This document shows, one piece after another, positions 35,555 to 47,330 of a stretch of 64,000 bases of DNA; the stretch's first letter is position 1, and every line of letters begins with the position of its first letter. Source of the stretch: Selaginella moellendorffii. Its lineage: Eukaryota; Plantae; Lycopodiophyta. Both the position numbers and the translations under genes were made by a program. The notes beneath the pieces were generated by a model that worked only from the letters and a program-made list of their open reading frames with translations, did no database searches and was not told the origin of the DNA. The stretch spans positions 1,516,493-1,580,492 of the forward strand of contig NW_003314277.1 in assembly GCF_000143415.4 (NCBI RefSeq), in the 5' to 3' direction.

Positions 35555-35767
35555 TCAAACAAAATCTCCATATATGATTGGAATGATAAGAACTTATTCA
35601 TTTGCTAGCTTTCACGATATGTTATACAAGAGATTCAAGAGATCTATTCTATAATCAAGCAAGATCACGATGTATTGAGCTTTTTCAAATCCATAAACTA
35701 TTTATCCATTAGAACGATCAAGTCCTTTACTTATACATTGTCAACTGAACTAGAACGATCAAATTCT

Positions 35768-36655
35768 TCAGGACGTCTCTACATTTAGCAGCTTCTTCAT
35801 TTGCTCGTAAACACAATATGACACACTCGCTGCTGGTGCCACCCTGCACAGATTTGGCAAGAGCCCTTTGTAGAACCCCCGCACACCCTCTCTTGCATAA
35901 GTTCTCTTGAAAACATCCCTCATTCCCTTGTATAATTCCTCTGACCCATTTGCTACCGTGGATTGTGCTTGCAATCTAGTCCTCACCACATGTAAAGGAT
36001 ACACCAAAGTCGTTCCAATGCTCGCCGATACAATCCCACACCCCATATGTACCAGCGGGGCATACTTCGAATCCGAGTCAATCAAGCCTCTCTCCAAGAT
36101 GCCCTTCTTAAGCGTCTCATACATCGCAAAGTCAAAACCAGCATAGGGGAAGATCCCCATCACCGAGGGAAGCAATCCCCTGTACAAAGAGAAGCCACCT
36201 TCACGCACCCACATCTCCCTTGTCAACTTTAGAGCGCTCGTTTTTGCATCGCTGGAGACTTGTATCCTTGTCTTCACCACCTCGAATGGGTATGCCACGA
36301 CCGTGGTCAGAACACCCGCGCAACCTCCGGCGAGAAACCTAGAAACCGGTCCTAGATCCGATTCCTTTACCCCTTGTAGATCTGCTGCCACGCTCTTGAG
36401 CCTCTCAAACGTCAAGAACCTCACGCCCGCCTCCGGGAAGTGTTTGAGGACATTCATGCCATTCCCAACGTAGTACCCGGCCAGGCCACCTTTCTGGTAT
36501 ATGTGTTGCATCCCTTGACGGACGGTCATCGGGCTGCTCGTCGTGTTGGTCTGGAGGAGGACTCGTAGACGATCCAGAGGCGCGGTCACGGTTCTAGACG
36601 TGGCTCCCGCAACAGCCCCGCAAACGAAGCACCTGATCTCTTTTTCTTGTGCCAT
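35768..36655 (-). CDS. Mitochondrial carrier (SLC25, ATP-Mg/Pi-carrier-like) without EF-hands, intronless
   Basis: Three Px[DE]xx[KR] motifs (PLDRLR, PFEVVK, PLHVVR), GNGMNVLK, PYAGFDFAMYETLK, RTRLQAQ. Confidence 0.88.
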   Translation of the reverse strand: MAQEKEIRCFVCGAVAGATSRTVTAPLDRLRVLLQTNTTSSPMTVRQGMQHIYQKGGLAGYYVGNGMNVLKHFPEAGVRFLTFERLKSVAADLQGVKESDLGPVSRFLAGGCAGVLTTVVAYPFEVVKTRIQVSSDAKTSALKLTREMWVREGGFSLYRGLLPSVMGIFPYAGFDFAMYETLKKGILERGLIDSDSKYAPLVHMGCGIVSASIGTTLVYPLHVVRTRLQAQSTVANGSEELYKGMRDVFKRTYAREGVRGFYKGLLPNLCRVAPAASVSYCVYEQMKKLLNVETS

Positions 36656-36755
36656 TTTGAGTGATAACCCTAGCAATGGGGCTTCTGGTTTATACAGTGC
36701 TTTCTGCCTTTTCCTTTACATAGGATTTAGGTCTATATCATTAAACTCACCTTTT

Positions 36756-36801
36756 GGATAATTCCGCCATGCAGACCTGGGCTCGAATCCCAGCAGCCAC
36801 A
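36756..36801 (+). pseudogene. tRNA-His 3' half relic
   Basis: GCCATGCAGACCTGGGCTCGAATCCCAGCAGCCACA matches the plant tRNA-His 3' half. Anticodon loop and 5' end are missing. Confidence 0.75.
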
Positions 36802-38245
36802 ACTTAGAGAATGCGTGTATAAGATCTGAGATCTGGATATGAAAGAGGGCCTTTTCTACAACAGGGACACAAATACGCGCAGCATATATGCTTTTTGTTT
36901 TGAAAACCAGATGCACGTATTGCTTTATACCAAAATTGACTGGTGTATCGGCTTGACCGTCAAGAAAGTTTATCACAACGAGACAAGCCCAAAATGTGAT
37001 ACCCGATCTCTTGAGCGATCGTTTTCACCAGTTTTCCCTGTGGTGGGGTGATGGAGCTCATTTTCACCTTTTCAAGGATCTTCGCACACGGGAACCTGAA
37101 TCTATTCGATCTAGATTATGTTATGAGGCTATATGGAATATCGGCCCATGAGGATACTCATAGTCAAAATATGAGATTTTTACACGGTGGAACTTCGCTA
37201 TTTCGTTTTGACCATGAGGGCAATTGCCAAGAAGAATGCCAGAAAACGTCATGAGCTCCAGAGATCTCTCAGAATGGAGAACAACTCACACAAATTTGAA
37301 AATGTGATTTATAACCCGCCAACCTTTTATGTCAACCTTGATGTCACTCCATTTTTCTTGCTCGATTCGCGCCTGACAATGGCGCTGGAGCTTCCTTTTT
37401 GTGCATATGATAAATTCTCACACCTAGCACCGAAACCATGGAAGGAGAAGCTCAATGGAATCTTCGCATGGCTCCCTTGAGCTGGCCAGAAATTTTATAT
37501 AGAGAACCGCAGCAACGTTTTCAACCTTTGCATGAGAGGTTCTACACATAAATGTTGGGAAATTTTTCTCTTAGAAGATCAATCTAGTCAAAGACAATGT
37601 TATTATACTATAATTTAAGGGAATGGAAAGAACAAAAGCATGGCGTAACATAGCCAGCAAATGCCAGCTCTCGATATTCGACTAGAGGTGGGGCTCGTAC
37701 AGTGTACGGATGACGTGTGTGACCCATGCTTGGGTTTTGGACCAGATTGGGCCGAATCCCAGCCAAAACAACATAAAAAGGGGGCACTAGGCATCACATG
37801 AGATGAGATACGTCTTTGGCTGTTCTTGTGTTGTTTGGCTTAAATTCGATCCATACGTGTCGGGTGAGTGATCCCAGAGCGTTGTTTTTCCATTCCATTC
37901 GTGATAGAATCTTTGTTCTTGCGCTGGATTGAGGGAAGAATAGAGCGCTCTTCTTGGGCTGAAAGGGAGGGAAGAAGAATCGTGATCATATTGTGCAATG
38001 TGGAGTAGAATTCCTTCTAATCAATCCCTGATCTATCCTCTCAATCTTTGTTCTTGAGAGTCTGATTTGAGAGAAGGTAGCAACAATTATTTCTTGCGCG
38101 CACAATGTGGAAGGAGTGATGAGGTGAATTCCCTCTTTTTCATAGCCTCTGCTCTTCCAAAGCTAGACAAGAAATTCCCCAACTAGAATCGATTAGAATT
38201 GGATCCAATCCGAAAGAGGAGGAGCAATTCCAATCCAATCCTATC

Positions 38246-38983
38246 ATGGGCGCCGAGAAGCGATCGATGATTGATCACCCAATGCCCGGCTGCGGCGAAG
38301 CGAGCAAGAAAAAGTACCGGGGCGTGAGGATGAGGACGTGGGGCAAATGGGTGTCGGAGATTCGCGAGCCCACCACGCAAGCCCGGATATGGCTGGGGAG
38401 CTTCGCCACCCCCGAGATGGCGGCGCGGGCGTACGACGCGGCGGTTCTCTATCTCAAGGGCTCCTCCGCCCTTCCCGCGCTCAACTTCCAGGATTCCATT
38501 CACCACTTGCCCAATCTCGCCGCATTCTTTGATCACTCCACCGCCAATTCCTCGTCCGATGATCCACTGGCGCCGCAGATCAAGGCAATCCAGGCTGCTG
38601 CAGCCGCGGCTGCTACCGCATCGATGGATCGCTCTACCGAGGAGCAAGATTCCTCCTCCAGGACGCTGTCCCTCCAAGAGCAAATCCTTGGAATGGAGCA
38701 ACAAGAGAGTGGACGTTTCTCCCAAAATCCAGAGGACGATCGCGACGATGAGGTCGTGTTCCTCGCAGAGAAGAAGCCCAGGATCGCAATGCAGGAGCAG
38801 GAAATCGTGGAGGTCGAGGCCATGGCCGAGGAGCAGCGAAATTGGCTGGATTTCTACTGCGACAACGAGTGGATCTTTGATCTGCCGCAGGTTTTCATGG
38901 CCAATTCGCCTCTCGGCAGCCCGATAGACGAGGTCGACAGGATGGACGACCGGCTCTGGCCACATTCTTGCAATCCACTGTGA
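38246..38983 (+). CDS. AP2/ERF transcription factor (DREB subfamily)
   Basis: [19 protein letters not shown]...[23 protein letters not shown]...LNF, acidic C-terminus ending in LW. Confidence 0.93.
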   Translation: MGAEKRSMIDHPMPGCGEASKKKYRGVRMRTWGKWVSEIREPTTQARIWLGSFATPEMAARAYDAAVLYLKGSSALPALNFQDSIHHLPNLAAFFDHSTANSSSDDPLAPQIKAIQAAAAAAATASMDRSTEEQDSSSRTLSLQEQILGMEQQESGRFSQNPEDDRDDEVVFLAEKKPRIAMQEQEIVEVEAMAEEQRNWLDFYCDNEWIFDLPQVFMANSPLGSPIDEVDRMDDRLWPHSCNPL

Positions 38984-39563
38984 TCCATCGCAGCTCTATA
39001 GACTAGATTTCCCGGAAGTGTACATATGCTCTGTTTGGGTTCTATGCTCTGTTTTTAGGGTTCTTGGTTGGTCAACCAATCATTTTCTCATGGGACATCC
39101 CTTCCATTTCACTCCAGCTGGAATGTGGATTGGAAGCTGCCCTTGAAATTCCTCCTTGTCAGTTCTTATAATTGTGGAATAGCTTTGACAATCCAAAGGA
39201 TTCCTTGTACTTGGCCACTGTCCGGACAGAGTTTTCTATGGATTGTCTCGCGTACGGTATTAGCGCGTATGTGTACGACAGGGGATCTACACACATGGGC
39301 AGTGGTGGTGGTGGTGGTGGTGTGTTCTTGGGATGGACGGATCAAATAATCGAGATTGGAGGCATTCAAGTTTCCGTGTTCTTCAGGCTTTTCAAACCCC
39401 CAAAATAATTCTCGAGAATTTGACAGCAAGCAATGCCAAGTTTTTCAATGCAGGCACTGTTGACAAAGTTCTCATACCCAATCGGTGCGAGCTAGCTGGT
39501 AGATTTGACCACCGTTGAGTATGTTGACTAGGGCTGACCAAAGAATTAGGGTTCTTGCTGGCT

Positions 39564-40901
39564 ATGGCGTGCGCCCGCGGGCACGCTCTTCTCCTTCCCC
39601 GCAAGGTGAGACACTACTCTTCTAGGGTTCTTGCCTGCGAGGGGTCTGTGATTCCTGCCGCATTGCCGACGGCCGCGTACGTGCATCTCCCATTCTGCAA
39701 GCGCCGATGCCACTACTGCGATTTCCCGATCGTCGCGCTGGGCGAGTCGAGCTCCAATGCCGGCTCCACCATGGAGAGCTACGTCGATCTGGTGTGCCAG
39801 GAGATCGCCGCCGAGCGCTCGCCTTCGAGAGGCGCTCTCCAGACGGTCTTCTTCGGTGGAGGTACGCCATCGCTCATTCCAATCCCGCTGCTCCAGCGGA
39901 TCATCCAGGCGCTGGAAGCCAAGCACGGCTTCTCGCGTGACGCACCGATGGAAATCAGCATGGAAATGGATCCAGGAACTTTCTCCCGGGACTACCTCGC
40001 GGAGGCGATCCAGTCGTGCGGGATCAACAGGGTCTCTCTCGGCGTCCAGGCCTTCGACGACGATCTCCTCAAGCTCTGCGGAAGATCCCACTGCCTGGAC
40101 GACGTCTTCCAGTCGATCGAGTGGATCAAAGACTCGCTGCAAAACTGGAGCTTGGATCTCATCTCCTCGCTCCCTCACCACACTCTAGCGTCCTGGAGGA
40201 AATCTCTCGAGCAAGCGATCGCTGCGTCCCCGGCCCACGTCTCGATCTACGATCTCCAGATCGAGCAAGGCACCAAGTTTGGGAATCTCTACAAGCCGGG
40301 CATGGATCCACTCCCCAGCGACGACGACTCGGCCGAGTTCTTCAAGCTGGGATCGTCAATGCTCCGGGAAGCCGGCTACGATCACTACGAGATCAGCAAC
40401 TACGCGAGGAAAGGCTTCCAGTGCCGCCACAATCTCGTCTACTGGAAGAACCAGGGATACTACGCGTACGGGCTGGGATCCACGAGCTTCGTGGATGGAA
40501 AGAGGGTCAAGAGGAGCAAGAGAATGAGAGAGTACGCCAAGTTTGTGGAAGCTCTAGCAGCGGGATCACCTGTTCTTCCCGAAAGTTTGGAGGGATCACG
40601 TACGGAAGCCGTTCTTCCCGAGAGTGTGGAGGATCGGATCCTTGACACCGTGATGCTGGCTCTCCGGCTGGCGGAGGGGATCGACCTGCGGCGATTCGAG
40701 GCGGAGTTTGGGAGTGAATTGGCAGGGATGTTGTGCGATGGGCTCGCGGAGTTTGTGGCGAGTGGGAATGTAGTGTTCTTGGACGCTTCGAGGGAGTGTA
40801 CGGCGGAGCGAGCGAGGGCTGTGTACGGCAGGCTGACGGATCCAAACGGATTTCTAGTGTCGAACGAGATAATCTCGAGGCTCTTCTGTTTGGTAAAGTA
40901 A
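39564..40901 (+). CDS. HemN/HemW-like radical SAM protein, intronless, with organellar presequence
   Basis: YVHLPFCKRRCHYCDF (CxxxCxxC), FFGGGTPS, RVSLGVQ, HYEISNY, HNLVYW. Confidence 0.9.
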   Translation: MACARGHALLLPRKVRHYSSRVLACEGSVIPAALPTAAYVHLPFCKRRCHYCDFPIVALGESSSNAGSTMESYVDLVCQEIAAERSPSRGALQTVFFGGGTPSLIPIPLLQRIIQALEAKHGFSRDAPMEISMEMDPGTFSRDYLAEAIQSCGINRVSLGVQAFDDDLLKLCGRSHCLDDVFQSIEWIKDSLQNWSLDLISSLPHHTLASWRKSLEQAIAASPAHVSIYDLQIEQGTKFGNLYKPGMDPLPSDDDSAEFFKLGSSMLREAGYDHYEISNYARKGFQCRHNLVYWKNQGYYAYGLGSTSFVDGKRVKRSKRMREYAKFVEALAAGSPVLPESLEGSRTEAVLPESVEDRILDTVMLALRLAEGIDLRRFEAEFGSELAGMLCDGLAEFVASGNVVFLDASRECTAERARAVYGRLTDPNGFLVSNEIISRLFCLVK

Positions 40902-41044
40902 AAGATTCGGAGAATATGCTCTTGCCACCTTTCTAAAGGTTTTAGGGCATTGACTTCAAACAATCTAACTAAAATATGGAACAGGTCGGCGACGCGAGCT
41001 TGGTGGGATGTTCTTCAGCTTTACAGGAATACATGCATTTTTAC

Positions 41045-43990
41045 CGTTGGATCATCTTCCAGCTAATCCCACTTGGTAGCCTGAGGTTCTTGGTGTTCAG
41101 CCACACCTTCTCCCCAGCTTGGAACTCTACGTCCCGGCGCTTCTAGTTCGCGTACTTGGTTTGCCTTTGTTGAGCCCGTTCCAAGGAATCCCTCACTAGA
41201 TTCCAAATGTTGAGTCTTTCCGCCGTGAATGCCTCCACTGCGGGTAACTCTCCATGATACTCGGCCACGCTGAGTTCCACAGTACCTTCAATAGCTCACC
41301 CATTGATGACTTCCCATGGACTCACCCCGATGCTCGAATGTGGTGAGTTGTTATAACACATTTCCGCAAGTCCCAAATGACTTACCCAATCGGTCTGGTC
41401 TCCTGAGACATAGCATCGCAAATAATCATCCAGCTTCCTATTCACCCTTTCCGTTTGTCCGTCTATCAAGAAGTGTTAGTGCCATCAACTTGACTTAATA
41501 CCCCATACCTGTCTGTGGGTGATAGGCTGTGCTGAATTTCAACTTGGTGCGATACTGTTTCAGGAGGGTTCTCCAGAACTTACTAATAAAGATTTTATCT
41601 CGATCTAAGATAATCTCCTCTGGCCTTCCCCGCACTCGAACCACTTGTTTGAAGAACAGCTTCGCCACACCTTCCGCATCCACTTCCGTTGTGGTGGGTA
41701 TGAAATGTGCCATCCTCGAAAATCAATCCACCACCATGAATATCGCATCGAACCCCTCGCTTGGGGGTAGTCCCATGATGAAGTCCATCGTAAGACATTT
41801 CCACGGACAGTCTGGAATTGGGATGCTTTGCAACAAACCCCCACTAGCCTTAGTCACGGCTTTGACCTGCTGACATATTAGACATGTCTTTACATAGTCT
41901 TGGACGTCCTTAGCCATATCTGGCCAATGGTACTTCCTCTTGAGTAAGCCCATCGTCTTGGGCACTCCGCCGTGTCCCGCAAGACGTCTGTCATGACACT
42001 TTTCTAAGGCTACCTTCCTTAGTCCCCCTTCTGGAACATACACCCTCGTTTGCTTGTAATAGATGAGTCCATTGTGTTTCGCATAGCCTGTTTTCTCTTC
42101 CATTGGCAGCTCACCTCTCTGGTGAGCTTCCCTTGCCTCTAGATTCCTCAGCAACACTTCTTGTGCTAGACCATCGTTCTCATATGCAGTCCGCACATCG
42201 TCCCAGAAGGTTGCTGTTGCGCTGGATATCGCCAACCTCAAGCTCGCTTTTCGACTTAGCGCATCCTCCACGATGTTGCTCTTCCCAGGCTTGTACAAAA
42301 TCTCGCAATCAAACTCGGCCAAGGCATTGACCCACCGACCTTGTTTCCCTCTCAGATCGGGCTGTGACAAGAAGTGTTTCGTTGCCACATTGTCTGTGTA
42401 AACCTTGAAGTGTCTCCCAAGGTAGTGTCGCCACTCTTTGAGCGCCTTGACCACCGCAAACAATTCCTTCTCGTGGGCAGGCCACTTCTGTTGAGCCTTG
42501 TCCAACTTCTTCGAGAAGAACGCTACTGGATGGTTGTCTTGCTTCAAAACCGCGCCCAACGCAAAGTCCGAAGCATCCGTTTCTACCTCAAAGTCCTTAC
42601 CAAAGTCTGGTAATGCTAACACGGGAGCCTTCATCAACTTCCCTTTGAGGTGGACGAATGCCGCCTCGCATTTCGCTGTCCATACCATCTTCCCTTTTTC
42701 GGTTTGGTCCGTTAAGGGCAGGGCTACTCTCGAATAGTGTCTGATAAACTTTCGATAGTAGTTGCATAGCCCCAAGAATGCCCTCAACTCATGTACATTC
42801 GATGGTCGCTCCCATTCCTGGATTGCTTGGACCTTCTCCAGGTCCACCTTGAGCCCATCCTAGCCCACCACATGCCCGAGAAACTTTACCTCTTGTTGAG
42901 CAAAGTCACATTTGCTCTCTTTAGCATACAATTTGTGTTCCCTTAGTTTCTCAAACACTTTCGCCAAGTGTTCGGCATGCTCCTCTAACGTCTCGCCATA
43001 GATCAGGATGTCGTCGATATAGACGACCACAAAGTGATCTAGATAGGGTACAAAGATGTGGTTCATCAGCGCTGAAAATGTTGCCGGCACATTGCATAGC
43101 CCAAAGGGCATCACCAGAAACTCAAAGCTCCCATACCTCGTTCGACAGGTTGTCTTCTCGACATCTTCCTCGGCTACCCTGATCTGGTAGTATCCTGACC
43201 TTAGGTCAATCCTCGATAAGTATTTTGCCTTTCCCAACCTATCGAACAGGTCCTCAAATCTTGGCAAAGGGTACTTGTTCTTCTTTGTATACTTGTTGAG
43301 CAACCGGTTGTCTAAACACATGCGCATAGAACCATCTTTCTTTTTCACAAATAACACCAGCGCCCCATACGGCGACTTGCTCAACCTAACATAGCCTTTG
43401 TCCACCAACTCCTCTAGATGGCACTTGAGCTCCTTGAGTTCTTTTTCGTTCAAACGATAGGGGGGACGAACCACCGCCTCAACACCCTCGACCAGCTCAA
43501 TCTTATGTTCTATCGGTCGTGCGGGGGGCAACCCCGCTGGTAGCTCCTCCGGCATGGTATCCTGGAATTGGTCCAACACCCGCTGGATCGCTAAAGGTAC
43601 TTCTTCCATTCCTGTCTTTTTGTCACTCTTCACCGAGAGTAAGCACAAAAAGGCTGCCTTAGTTCCTTTAGTGAGTTGTCCTCTCGTGGACACCAGGTTT
43701 AAGCAGGAATCTTTGGCCTTGCTTTGCCCTACCTTTAGATCCTGGGCTTCCACCCTAGATCTTCTTCCTTGGGCATTCGCCAGTACCACAAGGTTCCTAC
43801 CTTGTCCATGCAGGGCTACCACGAACCGATTGAACCAATCCATTCCGAAGATCACGTCAAATCCCGCCATATCCAACACAGTGAAATCCATGTCTACTTT
43901 CCATGTCCCTACTTCGACTCTCGCTTGTCGAAGTACCTCATCGGTGCTTTGGCTACCTTGAACAAACTCCCCGATAGTTTCTTGGGCGAG
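41045..43990 (-). mobile_element. Truncated Ty3/gypsy pol fragment (PR C-terminus, RT, RNaseH, INT) with in-frame nonsense codons and a 46-nt intron
   Basis: [39 protein letters not shown]|DGQTER, KRRDVEFQAGEKVWL. Stops at 42860, 41723, 41296 and 41143. No LTRs seen. Confidence 0.92.
41463..41508 (-). other. Spliceosomal-type GT-AG intron within the integrase coding sequence
   Basis: CAG ACA G|GTATGG...CACTAAC..TTCTTGATAG|AC GGA CAA ACG GAA AGG. Removal restores HPQTDGQTER exactly. Confidence 0.85.
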
Positions 43991-44070
43991 AAGGAGCTGT
44001 TTCCACTGACCTCCTTCTCGAGGATTTCCTTTTGCAGAACTCGAAGCCTAGAGAGGATCGGGAAGACATA

Positions 44071-44611
44071 CTACTGGTTCTTCAAGCGCCAAATTTCAGC
44101 GCTAGAGAATGAAAGAGTGGGGAAAAGTCCGATGCTAGTGCAGCTCCGACCATTCTTCTCAATCCCTGTCGGATAGACTCGAAGGAATGTCCCCGAATGA
44201 GGCTCGAATGTGCTCTTGGCACAAGTGATCCAGGCCAGGCCAGGCCACAGCGACAACTAGCGCGTGGATCTCCGCCAGATCGGCATTGATAGCTGCCAAG
44301 AGAAATAACTGGACGCTCGAAAAAGAGTAACAAGGGCAAATGCCGCGATCGCAATCTTCCACGAGAAAGAACCTCGATCTTTCATCTTCTGGAAGATTTC
44401 CAGTGCCCGCACTTTCCATACATTTCTATGACCAGATTAGCAAGGAACCTCGAGGCCACTGGAGACGATTTTCCTCGTGGATGCGCCTTCCCCCTCCCAG
44501 ATCTGTGCTCATCGCATTCTCGCCCAGGCGCCCACCGCTGGAGATCGCTCCTCCTTCCTGCAAATCTTCGCTGGATGGCACCTCCTCGTCAAGGCTCAAG
44601 AACGATGCCAT
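44071..44611 (-). pseudogene. PPR pseudogene fragment
   Basis: Frameshifted GRRIHEE, MYGKCG..ALEIFQKM, LAEIHA motifs. Confidence 0.55.
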
Positions 44612-44777
44612 GGAAAACCACCGCCATTGCCATTATACGCTACTGCTGCACATTTTCGATCCAAGGGGCTCTTTACCCGGGCGGTCTGCTGCTGCCGGGT
44701 GTGCTCTATGAGTCGAGCAACATGGTCTTTCTTCTCAGTCTCAGACATCTTCAAACTAGGCTCACAAGCACAAGCAC

Positions 44778-45060
44778 TGCTTTTCCGCGGTATGTATGGT
44801 TCTTCTCGTGCTCATTTTGCTTATACTCTTGTCCAGTCCAGATCGCTTCATTCCTCATCTTCGCCACCCTTTGGCCTCGAGCATTTTCCAAGATAAAATG
44901 GAGGCCTGTAGTTCATCAACATCCAAGGCGTGGAGTGACCACAACGAGATGAGTTGGTGACCTGGTATACTTTTTTGTGTTATGCCATCTGCTCTTTGGA
45001 AACTTTTGAGAAAGCTTGCTCTCAGCTGATTGAGTTTGAGCTTGGTCAAGGCTCTCACAG
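44778..45060. repeat. About 280-bp dispersed duplication, copy 1 (copy 2 at 48028-48297)
   Basis: Long near-identical tracts, e.g. GGTATGTATGGTTCTTCTCGTGCTCATTTTGCTTATACTCTTGTCCAG. Confidence 0.9.
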
Positions 45061-45739
45061 GTTTATTGGATCTCTGGTGCAACCCTGGAGTTTTGTTTGT
45101 GGGTGAGTAAGCTTTCACGGTTTCAGAGCAATATATTATTGCCGCATCAAAATTTGGAGCTCCGAGTCTCACGCCCCGAGGATTTGAAAGGATCCAAACC
45201 TATGGACCTCCAGCTTTGACAACCAAGTGAAGAATAGATTCCCGGGACTAGGGTGCCTGGATCAAATCAAACTCGAGCTCAGACAAGCCATCTTCCAGAA
45301 CAATATCTTAAACAGATGTTGCTGGTTCTTGTTGCAGCATACTTATACTTTGTTTCTCAAAAGTAGCTTCTGCATCAGCTGCTTGCTCAGATTGAGATAC
45401 ATACCTCCCATCCAACCCGTTTTGTTTGCCATGACCTCGCTAGAGCATGGAGAAAGCGAGAGTTTCATTCCATCGAGAAGAGAATGGTTTCTTTCTTGAG
45501 CTTGACAGTAGCAACGAGCACAAAACGAAAATCTCTTGCGCCGCTGTTTACATTATGGTATACGTTAAGAAGCAGTTAGTGTACACTTCGAACGGGAACC
45601 TGATGCTGGATATCTGGCTAGAATAAGAAAATATATTGGTAAGGTCACAGGTTCGAATCCACAGCCAGAGATCCAATCACATTTTTTTGTATGAACGAGG
45701 ATTTCTCTTCTCCGCAAAGTCGCTCTCGGAGCTAAATCT

Positions 45740-46625
45740 TCTATCGTGCCGATCGCGACGCCACGAATGATCCACGCCGCCGCGCCGGGTTCAGGCTCTT
45801 GGATCGCGCGATATTCCCTTTCGCTGGCAAATGCGAGCAGCAAGAACAGGGCATTCGATCGATGCGGCGTCAATCTTGTTCGATTGAATGCCCCAGAGGA
45901 ATCTCGTGTCCTGCAACACGGTCGCACAATCCTCCATCAATCTCAACCAGGCAAACAAGATCTTGGATTGACGTGGTCGGTTGGCACTCACTCAGTACAC
46001 TGTATGCCCAGTCCGGGCATCATGAGATTTCCAAGAACAAGGAGTTCCGTGATCGTCTCCTGGAACGCGATGATCACCGCGTATGTGGCGGCATCCCGCA
46101 TCCGAGAGTGAGAGTCTATATTTGATTGCGCCTCAGAGCGCCATGGAACTCGATGATAATGGCGCTCGCGCACCAGGGGCAAATTGTGGCAGCGAAATCG
46201 ACCTTGGGCAAGAACGCCGGCCAAGGATCTCGTGTCCTGGACGAATCTACTGCCCAGAATGACAGGATGTTCCATGGGTTCCCCTTCCAGCAGTGAATAC
46301 CAGAGGGGGGATTTGGCCACCTCCAAAGAGATCTTTGATTTCATGCCGGATGAAGACGTGGTACATGGACGGCGATGACGTCAGCCACCAAGGCTTCGTC
46401 GCCCTCACGAAGAACAGCTTCGGTCAAATCCCGGAGAAGAATCCAGTACCGTGGATCCTCGCATTTGCGAGAATGGGCATTTTGACAAGGCCGTTCACGA
46501 GATCCTGCGCAAGACCATTGTCTGCTGGATAGCTCTCACGCAAGTTTCAACTTGAGCGCCGCCATGAGCATGTTTGAGAGCATGAAGATGCGCACCTTGG
46601 TTTCCTGGATGACCAACGCTCAAAA
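45740..46625 (+). pseudogene. Degraded PPR pseudogene
   Basis: IVSWNAMITAY, DLVSWT, GDLATSKEIFDFMP fragments in mixed frames. Confidence 0.65.
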
Positions 46626-46639
46626 CGCTTGAAGGACAA

Positions 46640-47330
46640 AATCACACAACCATACTCAGGTGCTTCAATCCCTTTCGAAAGCTTCCACAGTCAGACCGTT
46701 TGCTTCTACATCCCAAAGAAACCAGGGGATACCTCCAAACCATTCAAACGCCATTTCAGCAGCATTCACTCTCTGCATTATCTCTTTGGCTTCTTCCTCG
46801 TAGTCCGTCACGCGTTTCCTCCAAGAAGACACAAGAGCATCGTACTCGTGCTTTTCCCACGGAGGCAGATAGCGAGTGAATGTTGTCCGCTTGGCTTTTC
46901 TGACATTGAACTCGTCTGGTGATGAAGCAGCAACAAGGGTTTTATTTCCAACCATCCGCCCCAAGTCCACTCACTGATCTATGAGATGGTAATCTACTTT
47001 GCTGTCCAGCACAATCTCCTGAGGGAAGTCTTCTCTATTCACCACCCTGAGCTTGTCACCCTCGAACATCAAAACAGTCGCTCTGGACTCGTAGATCATG
47101 ACCGGAAGTACCAGAGGAATGCAGATTTACCAACCCCCGAATTTCCATTCAAATGGCAGCACAACATCCACATGAACGGCACCAGGATCTTCCTGATCTC
47201 TTTGTACAACGCATCGAATATCTCCTTCACGTACAGCTTCAGAATATTGTTGTGGAATGTGGTCAGACGAGCACCTTGAGCAAGAAATTTCATCCGTTCC
47301 AGATGGAACATTGATCCACCATGCCTGCTG
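46640..47330 (-). pseudogene. Crinkler/RHS-like (CR-NTPase) pseudogene
   Basis: KLYVKEIFDALY, P-loop GNSGVGKSAFLWY, YHLID, TLVAASSP, YLPPWEKHE, FEWFGGIP. One frameshift and one TGA. Confidence 0.65.

Noticed and set aside
39068-39520. Short overlapping ORFs between AP2 and HemW
   Set aside because: Fragmentary with no identifiable domain.
41143-42862. In-frame stops as U-to-C RNA-editing sites or programmed readthrough
   Set aside because: This is a nuclear TE fragment; methyl-C deamination is sufficient to explain them.
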